Origin: Candidatus Heimdallarchaeota archaeon
Lineage (GTDB): Archaea; Asgardarchaeota; Heimdallarchaeia; Heimdallarchaeales; Heimdallarchaeaceae
Length of the DNA: 64,000 nt
Direction: 5' to 3'
NCBI GenBank assembly: GCA_016840095.1
Contig: JAEOSZ010000040.1
Coordinates: 1-64,000, forward strand
Shown in pieces: positions 9,312-16,770 of this stretch. The notes below the pieces were generated by a model. The model saw only the letters and a list, made by a program, of their open reading frames with translations, had not been told where the DNA came from and ran no database searches. How positions within the stretch are numbered: the stretch's first letter is position 1; every line of letters begins with the position of its first letter. The translations under genes and the position numbers were made by a program.

Positions 9312-10451
9312 CTAATCATGTACAATTTCCTCTGGAGGAACGAAAGGAAATACTTGTCTTACAATATCGCTTGCTTTTTCAAACTGTGCGACATTTCCAT
9401 TGAATTCTCTGATTGCTTCTTGGAATTGCTCACAGAAACTTTCTGTGAAATGTTGAGCAGCCATTTGAAGGATCCATGCATCACTATCACTGATAATTAA
9501 AGTTGCCACATTTCTATCAGCATTCTCAACTACAATCATCTTTTTGTCTCTAAAACTTACCTTTCTCAGATCCGTTTGAGCTCCTGTAGTTTCAGAAATA
9601 AGTGATTTCAGAGCTGTAACTGTTCCAGTTACTAAGATATCTTGATGTGCTATAGTATCTTGTTCTCTTCCTATACTGACTGAATAAAGTAATAATCCAG
9701 AGTCATTAAAAATGAGGATTTTATTGATCTTTGCAGGTAAGAGATAGACATAGAATGGATTAAGTATAAAAGCCAGAGCTAGAATTCCAAAAGTTACGCT
9801 GAAAGGAATTGCTCCATAAACCCAGAACCCAAGATCTACTGTCCATCTTTCAAATATTTTTAGAAAAGCAGCACCAAACCCAATTCCTGTAGCTATAGAA
9901 ATTATTAAGCTCACACGTTTTAGCTTTTTGTATTCTGCTTTTATAGTGTCTTTAACATAGACATAGAAAGCTTCTCCTAGAACAAAAGCCTGAAAGATGT
10001 TTAGAATAACTCTTGAAACTCTGTATTCAGGATCAACTACACCTAGTTCAAGTTTAAATACAAGTTCTAGAATTAATACAATCAAATAACTTCCAAGAAG
10101 AGTTGATGATATAGCTAATAGGATTGTATTTGGTTTCTCATGACGCATGAATTCTAAATAAAGAAAGAGGACGAAAAGTGCAATTGCTGAGGGAATCATA
10201 TGAATCTCAAAAACTGAACTTGCATTAACTTCATTTCCTGTAGTATATTCCAGAATACCAAAAACATACCAAAGAATGAATATAATAATTTCGAATATTC
10301 CTTGTAAAATTACTAAGCCAAAAAGCCAAATAAACCATGTAAAACCAGTAATTTTATCTTTATATCTTCTATAGAGGAAATAACCCAAAATTAAACCTAA
10401 AATAACCATCTGGACTACTTTAATCCACAGTTCTGTCATACTTGATGCCAT
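9312..10451 (-). CDS. Seven-TM membrane protein with C-terminal longin/roadblock-like cytoplasmic domain (putative receptor)
   Basis: About 7 hydrophobic helices in the first ~240 aa; C-terminal KILIFNDSGLLLYS...LVTGTVTALKSLISE...F...F..QF pattern also seen in the 32915-34951 C-terminus and typical of Asgard longin-like domains. Confidence 0.75.
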   Translation of the reverse strand: MASSMTELWIKVVQMVILGLILGYFLYRRYKDKITGFTWFIWLFGLVILQGIFEIIIFILWYVFGILEYTTGNEVNASSVFEIHMIPSAIALFVLFLYLEFMRHEKPNTILLAISSTLLGSYLIVLILELVFKLELGVVDPEYRVSRVILNIFQAFVLGEAFYVYVKDTIKAEYKKLKRVSLIISIATGIGFGAAFLKIFERWTVDLGFWVYGAIPFSVTFGILALAFILNPFYVYLLPAKINKILIFNDSGLLLYSVSIGREQDTIAHQDILVTGTVTALKSLISETTGAQTDLRKVSFRDKKMIVVENADRNVATLIISDSDAWILQMAAQHFTESFCEQFQEAIREFNGNVAQFEKASDIVRQVFPFVPPEEIVHD

Positions 10452-10624
10452 TGGGTTTATATATCCAACTTCTCATATAAAAATAGTTGTAGTATTTAGG
10501 GAAAAGATACTAAACAAATATAGGGAAAGAAATGTTGGAAATTGAGTAAGTACTCCCATTAGTGAGTGTAATGGATACTCTAAAAAAACTCAAAAAAACC
10601 AAGTTTATGTCAAATGACTAAGGT

Positions 10625-10727
10625 TATGAGTTGGAAGGGTTGGGGTTCCCTTCCTAAAGCTCTGCTGGTGGTTAAAAAACTAGCGAGGATGCTAGTGATG
10701 ATATGTGGAGCATATCACTGATTCATA
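10625..10727 (+). other. Candidate structured intergenic element 1 (multibranch hairpins)
   Basis: Closing TATGAGT/ATTCATA; hairpins GGAAGGG/CCCTTCC, ACTAGC/GCTAGT, TGATATG/CATATCA. Confidence 0.45.
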
Positions 10728-10891
10728 TGAGAGAAAATACTATTTAAACACCAAGAAATTATGTGTATGATTAAAACTGACGATTTATCAGTTAAATCCT
10801 TCCTAAATTGCAGTTTGTGTAGATGTTGACACAATAACCCCTATATGTTTGTGATGGAAATTTTATATAGGTCGGTTCATAAGATATCCCG

Positions 10892-11260
10892 ATGGATTCT
10901 GAAGTAGAGAAACTGGACTATGAATTGTTACTATTGATGAGTACTTTAGGAGCAAACAAGATACGAGCAGTACTGATATTAGCTCATCTCTACCCAAAAG
11001 CCATAACCGCAACACAATTGTCCACACTACTTGGATATTCAATGAAGGCTAGAACAATCTATCGGGGAATATTAGATGATCTACAAGAAAGAGAACTCAT
11101 CTTTCTTGATAAATTAACTCCAAAAGTAGCAAGTATTAGGCTGAATCATGAAAATGTTTTGTTAAAACGTTTGATTGAGCTATCTAAATCTTATGGGACT
11201 GATTACCTGAAAGTGATAGATGAATTAATAGGGAAGCAAGATAGAAATGAAGACTATTGA
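10892..11260 (+). CDS. Winged helix-turn-helix protein (putative transcription regulator)
   Basis: IRAVLILAHLYPKAITATQLSTLLGYS...ILDDLQERELI wHTH pattern. Confidence 0.75.
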   Translation: MDSEVEKLDYELLLLMSTLGANKIRAVLILAHLYPKAITATQLSTLLGYSMKARTIYRGILDDLQERELIFLDKLTPKVASIRLNHENVLLKRLIELSKSYGTDYLKVIDELIGKQDRNEDY

Positions 11261-11867
11261 AATAAATGCAGCATTGAGAACAAACGAAAAACTGTCTAGA
11301 AATTGGGTGAAATTTTCTGCATATGTTTTGTTAGTTTTATCATCAGTTCTATTAATTATTTTCTTAGTATCAATGTTTGCAATTACTCCTGATCTATCCT
11401 ATATCGAATTATCAGGAGACTATATCTTCTTTGAATCAATTACTGAACTATATAGTCAGCATTTTCCAGATTTCTTTCAACCACCTATTATAGAGGGTTT
11501 AGCAAGCTTTTTATCAGAATGGATATATTTTCCCTTAATCTTTGCTGTAGTTGGATTCTTATCTTTTATAGCAGTAACTTATGTGGATGGGTCAATGATT
11601 CTGGAGAACAAATCATGGTTGGTAGATTTACAAGAACAGGGATTGATAGATAATTTTAGTACATACAAGAATCTTGTAATATTAACAGAAGTCGGTAAAA
11701 TTACTATCTCAAAAAATAATATGAAATATAAAGTTAAGCTGCCTAAGCTTGACAATTATGACTTGTCAAGATTTGGACTTGTTTCAGAAGACAATTTGAT
11801 AACTTGTTTGTGTTCAAAGAAAGAACTCACAGGCATTCTACATATTTTTCTTTCAAAGGTTAACTGA
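11247..11867 (+). CDS. Hypothetical 2-TM membrane protein, overlapping the upstream wHTH gene (probable translational coupling)
   Basis: Two long hydrophobic segments flanking a loop; 14-nt overlap with upstream ORF. Confidence 0.75.
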   Translation: MKTIEINAALRTNEKLSRNWVKFSAYVLLVLSSVLLIIFLVSMFAITPDLSYIELSGDYIFFESITELYSQHFPDFFQPPIIEGLASFLSEWIYFPLIFAVVGFLSFIAVTYVDGSMILENKSWLVDLQEQGLIDNFSTYKNLVILTEVGKITISKNNMKYKVKLPKLDNYDLSRFGLVSEDNLITCLCSKKELTGILHIFLSKVN

Positions 11868-11879
11868 ATCACTTATCTA

Positions 11880-11998
11880 AACACACTTTCTGTGTTAACC
11901 TACTTTCATTAGTGACATAAACTACCTGAATTAGCAGGTAGACTTACGTCTTTCCTATGAGGAGATTTCTCTCCGAATCGATCACTTGTGTTGTTACT
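11880..11998 (+). other. Candidate structured element 2 / bidirectional terminator region between convergent genes
   Basis: Hairpins AACACA/TGTGTT, CTACCTG/CAGGTAG, GAC-TTAC-GTC, GGAGA/TCTCC; possible closing AGTGACA/TGTTACT. Confidence 0.45.
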
Positions 11999-13386
11999 TA
12001 ATCTCCACTTGCGGGTATTTCAGCTGGTGGACTAGCTGCTGATGCGGATTTAGTTCCATTACCGTTTACGATGTGTTTTCGAAGGTATTTTGCATCTCTT
12101 AAATCTTCATCATCTTTAACCCTACCAAATTGACCATTGTTAAGTTTGTCATTGATTCTTTCAATAACACTTTCATACATCCACTGATCATCTGTTCTCC
12201 AACCGTTACTAGCGAAGTCATAGCTATCAAATTCGAAAGTCCAATAAACACCATGTTTGCCAAAGAAATCTAATGAATAGATGTCATAGTCCTTAAAAGT
12301 ACTCCAAATGAGATAATTCAACTTGGAATCATAGTAAGGTGGCAGTGAGATTCTAAAGAATATTCCCTTATTAAAGAGTTCAAAAGCTGTTTGGAAGGGT
12401 ATTTTTTCCTCATTTAGGAAGTGGAAGAATTGAGCTTTCTCTTGCTCAGGAATATTCTCAATAACGAATGCTCTTGTAACATATGGTTCAGATGTCTTTC
12501 TGCTTAAGTTCCATCGAGGATTGGTTATCAAATGATTAACTACAAGACTGTAGTATTTTCTACCAAATTCTACTTTGGCTGCGTCAGAGACCTTGAATTT
12601 ACCGTTTTCGTTTCGTGGCATATTCTTGGTATCGAAAAATGCACTTAAATTATAGAGACAGGCTTCTTCCCAATCTTCCAATTTAATTTTCTTTACCAAA
12701 CTATCGTAGTAGTGTTTGTAGTGTTCAATAAGCTTAGTCTGCTTAGTTCGGATATCGATAGTTATACCATTTCGAATGGATGTAGTTAGATCTCGTAGCA
12801 TAAGGAGATGTAATGGTTCAATAAGTTCAGAATCTATTGGAGAGGGAAGGCGTGGTAGTTTGGTGCTCTTACTGAGTCTCTTCTCCCAGAAGGAGATTAC
12901 ATCAAAGGATCCAGGGGTGGAAGAATAGGCTTTTAGTGGTTCTGGTTGAGAATCACGATAACCCATAGATTTCATGATAGAATAGCTATCACAATATTCC
13001 TGATCCAAGAGATATTCTAGATATTTTTTGAAAATTGCATCAGTATTCACTGGAAGATCAAAGTGGGCATATATGCCGAATTTTTCCCCATAGAAGCGAT
13101 TATACGCTCGGATATACTTGTGTTCAGATAAAGCGTTTTGTAACAATGTAAACTGGTGGAGAGATGAAATTGAAAACATCACACCATATCTGAAGAGGGA
13201 AATTCTTTCAGGAATGAAGGAAGCAATAGGAAATCGTAGAATACCTCTCTCTTTGAGAGAATCAACTCGACGAATCATAGTTTGAGGAGAAATGTTTAGC
13301 ATTTCAGCCTGTTTAGAATATGGTTCAAGTGTATAGTTCTGCAACACATTAATGATTTTTTGATCAAGTATGTTCAGTTGTTCCAT
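11998..13386 (-). CDS. Large tandem Lrp/AsnC-type transcription regulator (wHTH + RAM-like domain, duplicated)
   Basis: N-terminal LDQKIINVLQ..PYSKQAEMLNISPQTMIRRVDSLKERGIL HTH; ferredoxin-like ligand domain; degenerate second module starting IEPLHLLMLRDL. Confidence 0.78.
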   Translation of the reverse strand: MEQLNILDQKIINVLQNYTLEPYSKQAEMLNISPQTMIRRVDSLKERGILRFPIASFIPERISLFRYGVMFSISSLHQFTLLQNALSEHKYIRAYNRFYGEKFGIYAHFDLPVNTDAIFKKYLEYLLDQEYCDSYSIMKSMGYRDSQPEPLKAYSSTPGSFDVISFWEKRLSKSTKLPRLPSPIDSELIEPLHLLMLRDLTTSIRNGITIDIRTKQTKLIEHYKHYYDSLVKKIKLEDWEEACLYNLSAFFDTKNMPRNENGKFKVSDAAKVEFGRKYYSLVVNHLITNPRWNLSRKTSEPYVTRAFVIENIPEQEKAQFFHFLNEEKIPFQTAFELFNKGIFFRISLPPYYDSKLNYLIWSTFKDYDIYSLDFFGKHGVYWTFEFDSYDFASNGWRTDDQWMYESVIERINDKLNNGQFGRVKDDEDLRDAKYLRKHIVNGNGTKSASAASPPAEIPASGD

Positions 13387-13595
13387 TTATGTTCCTCTTG
13401 TTTTTGTTGTTCAAGAAACAACAGGGTAAGAGATTGAAGCCCGTACAAAGTATAGCTTGTAGTATAGTTTTTACATGCGATATCTTGTACGAAGTTCATC
13501 TCTTTTTCCCCATTTGAGAGAACCCATGTATAGACCTCTAAATTTTGTTTCTTATGGTTTGACCCCTTGCTATTTGAGTTCAGTTTAACTGGTGT

Positions 13596-13705
13596 GCCAG
13601 ATCCTTTCCAGAGGAAGAACCTGTGGGCGTCGTGACCTCGTGACGCCCCCAAGTTTCCCATTTTCTCGCCGAGAATTTGAGGAAAGGGGGTGGGGTTTTC
13701 TGGCG
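13596..13705. ncRNA. Candidate GC-rich structured RNA / cis-regulatory element 3
   Basis: GCCAGA/TCTGGC closing stem; GGGCGTC/GACGCCC hairpin; overlapping alternative long stem CGCCCCC-TTTCC-TTCTC/GAGAA-GGAAA-GGGGGTG; T-tract follows on + strand. Confidence 0.4.
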
Positions 13706-13752
13706 ATTATTATTTTTTGATTTTTATCAGCGTGATTGTGTCTTTTTTCCCC

Positions 13753-14037
13753 TTAATTGACACCGTTACCGATTGGTTCATCGGTTACTGGGCCTGCTCC
13801 GCCGGCCTGATCCATGCCATTACCGATTGGTTCATCAGTTACTGGACCTGCTCCGCCGGCTTGATCCATGCCATTACCGATTGGTTCGTCTGTCACTGGA
13901 CCTGCTCCGCCGGCCTGATCCATGCCATTACCGATTGGTTCGTCTGTCACTGGACCTGAAAAGACCAGGATTGTGCTTGCTGTTAAAGCAAACAATGATG
14001 CAACAAGTAATACCCCAATTATTTTCTTTGTTTTCAT
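13753..14037 (-). CDS. Secreted multi-copy peptide precursor: signal peptide + 4x GPVTDEPIGNG with MDQAGGA spacers
   Basis: MKTKK + hydrophobic core; identical peptide repeats whose DNA differs only at third codon positions; upstream GGTGG SD-like and TTTAAATA box. Confidence 0.9.
   Translation of the reverse strand: MKTKKIIGVLLVASLFALTASTILVFSGPVTDEPIGNGMDQAGGAGPVTDEPIGNGMDQAGGAGPVTDEPIGNGMDQAGGAGPVTDEPIGNGVN
13763..13956. repeat. 54-bp tandem repeat, about 3.6 copies (coding, 18 aa unit)
   Basis: Units start at 13763, 13817, 13871, 13925; GC-rich relative to background. Confidence 0.97.
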
Positions 14038-14091
14038 TTAACTCTTCCACCAGCTAAATTTTGAACTCAAGATTACAGTTTTCTAAACTCT

Positions 14092-14099
14092 TATTTAAA
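14092..14099 (-). promoter_or_regulatory. Putative TATA box of the peptide-precursor gene
   Basis: TTTAAATA on minus strand about 55 nt upstream of ATG; GGTGG just upstream of start. Confidence 0.5.
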
Positions 14100-14529
14100 T
14101 CTTGTTACGATTTTCCATTTACCTATTTTACTTTAAAATTTTAATGTTTAAGCCTGAATTAGCGTTTTTATGCTCTGAGAAATGCAGTTTTAGGCGAAAT
14201 TAAGCAATATGCAAAAATTGTCGGTGGAAAAAAGTAACATTGAACTTTTCATGTTGCATTACAATAAAGTTAGAAAAGTTTTGTTAGTATTTTTGTCGGG
14301 ACTTTACTTTACTTAGTTATTCTTCTAAGTGTAAGGCAGAGAATACATTTGGAATACTTTCGATTTAAAAAAGGAGAAAATACCTGGGTATATGTGCAAT
14401 ACTCTGCACACATATCTGTTTTGAGTCGAAAATACTTTCAATCATCTCTCCAACCGAATCATTTCTCATGAAGAAAATTCAATGTTTTCATTATGAAAGA
14501 TATAAATAATTGAAAACTAGATATTCTCC

Positions 14530-15072
14530 TTGATTATGCACGTAGCAAGATGTAAAAGATGTGGTAGCAGGGAGATTGATTCAAAGTATCTAAATACACA
14601 ACTATATATTGGTACAGCTTCACCATTAGGGAAGATTAGATATTATTATTGCTCTGAATACTGTTATACAATTGAAAATGCAGAAAAGAATCTAACTTAC
14701 AGTATTTTCTTGTTTTTTATTGGTTTAATTATTATAGCTTTTTGGATTTTTTATCTGAATTTGGCTATTAAAGGTTTCAAACATAGAAAAGCATTAGGAA
14801 ATTGGAAAGAAAAGAAATCTGAATATTGCTACTTTTGTCAAGCTGAAATAACTGAAATTCCAGAAGGTAAAGGAGTATGTATGAGCTGTGGAGAGATTAT
14901 ACACTATTGTGATATCTGTCAAGATCATATCTTCCTTGGTGATACCATTCTTCAACTTGAACCCTGTGGTCATATCTTCCATAAGAATGAATTACTAGAT
15001 TGGATTGATAGTAACAATGTTTGTCCTAAATGTGCTATAGAAGTAGAATTTGTAGATGTTAACCCTGATTAA
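14530..15072 (+). CDS. Membrane protein with zinc ribbons and C-terminal RING-H2-like finger (putative E3 ligase)
   Basis: CKRC..CSEYC, one TM, CYFC..CMSC, CDIC-x14-CGHIFHKNE..W..CPKC. Confidence 0.85.
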   Translation: MIMHVARCKRCGSREIDSKYLNTQLYIGTASPLGKIRYYYCSEYCYTIENAEKNLTYSIFLFFIGLIIIAFWIFYLNLAIKGFKHRKALGNWKEKKSEYCYFCQAEITEIPEGKGVCMSCGEIIHYCDICQDHIFLGDTILQLEPCGHIFHKNELLDWIDSNNVCPKCAIEVEFVDVNPD

Positions 15073-15084
15073 TTCTTCTTAAGA

Positions 15085-15912
15085 TTAAGGTATGTTTGAA
15101 GGATTCCAAGTACATCTATAATTCTCATTCAAGTTATCCAATCTTTGCATATCTTCTGATTTAATTTTAAAATCAAATACATTAGCATTCTCAATTATTC
15201 TTTCTCTGTTAGATGATTTTGGAATAACAACTACTTCTTGTTCAAGATTCCATCTAATTAACATCTGAGCAGGAGATCGATTGTATTCTTTAGCAATTAC
15301 TGCAAGTTTCTCATCGTTTATTCTGTTACCTTTTGTTAGAGGACTATATGATTCAAGAACAATATCCTTACTTCTACAGTAATCTCTCAATTCCTTTTGA
15401 TACAAGAATGGATGATATTCTACTTGATTAACAGTTGGAGGAATATTACATACTTTCAGTAATTCTTCTAGATGTCTAATTGTGTAATTACTTACTCCTA
15501 TAGCTCTAACTAAACCTTCATCATAGATTTTCTCTAATGCTTTCCAAGTCTCATTTCTAAGTTTTTCCACAGGCCAATGAATCAGATAAAGGTCAATATA
15601 TTCCAAATTTAATTTCTTGAAGCTTAAATCGAAAGCTTTGAGAGCACTATCATATCCATGATCTGAATTCCACAATTTGGTTGTTACAAAAAGATCTCTT
15701 CTATCAAAACCACTATCTCTGATGGCTCTTCCAACGCTCTCTTCATTGAAGTAGAAAGCTGCTGTATCAAAATGCCTGTAACCAGCTTCTAAAGCATAAT
15801 TAATAGCATCTACCGCCTGTTTTCCTTCTTCTGCTAGATATGTACCTAATCCGAAAATTGGAATGTCAATTCCATTATTGAGTTTAATAGTTGAATTAAT
15901 ATCTATTTTCAT
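15085..15912 (-). CDS. Aldo/keto reductase (2,5-DKG reductase/glyoxal reductase-like)
   Basis: GLGTY, GYRHFDTAAFY, TTKLW, LYLIHWP, IGVSN, IPKS. Confidence 0.95.
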   Translation of the reverse strand: MKIDINSTIKLNNGIDIPIFGLGTYLAEEGKQAVDAINYALEAGYRHFDTAAFYFNEESVGRAIRDSGFDRRDLFVTTKLWNSDHGYDSALKAFDLSFKKLNLEYIDLYLIHWPVEKLRNETWKALEKIYDEGLVRAIGVSNYTIRHLEELLKVCNIPPTVNQVEYHPFLYQKELRDYCRSKDIVLESYSPLTKGNRINDEKLAVIAKEYNRSPAQMLIRWNLEQEVVVIPKSSNRERIIENANVFDFKIKSEDMQRLDNLNENYRCTWNPSNIP

Positions 15913-16031
15913 CTTATTCTCCCCATCAATTCCAAATTATGAAGTAAACGGATAATAAAAAACCTTTCAGTTTCTCAAAATGCTGCTTCTAGTTTTTGTG
16001 GATACCTTACAAATAAATACTAAAACAATTA

Positions 16032-16715
16032 TTGTTGATTATGAATAAGAACAAGTTAATACTATTTTCAGTGACAGGTGTTATTATTCTTTCAGTTTCT
16101 ATTTCATTATTGGTTGTCTTTATACCAAGAGCTCCTCCAGGAGGAGCAGAATATGAAATATCATTTGCAGCTTTCTGGAGCGAATCTACTCACCCATATG
16201 ATTTTCCTCCAGCTCCTCATTGGTCAGGACTAATTGGTGCTACTCATGCAGCTAATATTACTTTTTGGGAGATAGGTGGATTGGCTTCTTTAGGAATTAA
16301 GAACGTAGCTGAAACAGGAAGTAAAACAGCTCTAATTGATGAGGTAAACATTGCTATTACAAACAATACTGCTTTCTCTTTGATCTCAGGTCCTGGAATT
16401 AATCCTTCTCCAGGAATTGCAAAAACTGAGTTTACAATTAGCAGAGATTTTCCATTAGTTACTATAGTATCTATGATTGCTCCTAGTCCAGATTGGTTTA
16501 TAGGCATCAACTCAGTCAACTTACTTGATGATGGTGAATGGGTGGATGAACTTGTTCTACTAGTATATCTTTATGATGCTGGAACTGACAGTGGTTTAAC
16601 TTATACTGCTTCTAATAATGCCACTATTCCACAAGTACCAATTGTTCTAATTACTGATTCTGATTTACCTGGTAGTAATTTAGCTTTCGGAACATTCACA
16701 TTCACAAAAATTTAA
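16032..16715 (+). CDS. Spondin_N (F-spondin/mindin N-terminal) domain protein, membrane-anchored
   Basis: W..STHP.DFP..PHWSGLIGATH, MIAPSPDWFIG, YDAGTDSG motifs; N-terminal TM. Confidence 0.88.
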   Translation: MLIMNKNKLILFSVTGVIILSVSISLLVVFIPRAPPGGAEYEISFAAFWSESTHPYDFPPAPHWSGLIGATHAANITFWEIGGLASLGIKNVAETGSKTALIDEVNIAITNNTAFSLISGPGINPSPGIAKTEFTISRDFPLVTIVSMIAPSPDWFIGINSVNLLDDGEWVDELVLLVYLYDAGTDSGLTYTASNNATIPQVPIVLITDSDLPGSNLAFGTFTFTKI

Positions 16716-16770
16716 GCCACTTTTTGTTGGCTTTTTATACTTTCATCAAACTCAGTATTGTGAAAGTAAT

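Noticed and set aside
9700-9790. Calling the 7TM protein a true GPCR or rhodopsin
   Set aside because: NPFYVY is not NPxxY, there is no DRY motif and no retinal-binding Lys in TM7; only topology is shared.
10625-10727. tRNA or SECIS call for the cloverleaf-like element
   Set aside because: No TTC(G/A)A T-loop, GG D-loop or 7-nt anticodon loop; no apical AA loop or in-frame UGA gene nearby.
13374-13661. 95-aa minus-strand ORF upstream of the Lrp gene
   Set aside because: No recognisable features; it overlaps the structured element and the likely promoter. Cannot be fully excluded as a leader ORF.
13763-13956. CRISPR array or non-coding VNTR interpretation of the 54-bp repeat
   Set aside because: Units are contiguous with no unique spacers, there are no cas genes, and variation is purely synonymous in the minus-strand frame.
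13690-14057. Plus-strand ORFs 13690-13959 and 13773-14057 over the repeat
   Set aside because: The same substitutions change amino acids in these frames (IGY/ISY/VCH; HRL/HQL/RLS), so they are shadows of the minus-strand gene.
10450-14500. Integrated mobile element explaining the peptide locus
   Set aside because: No integrase, transposase, tRNA target or flanking direct repeats were seen.
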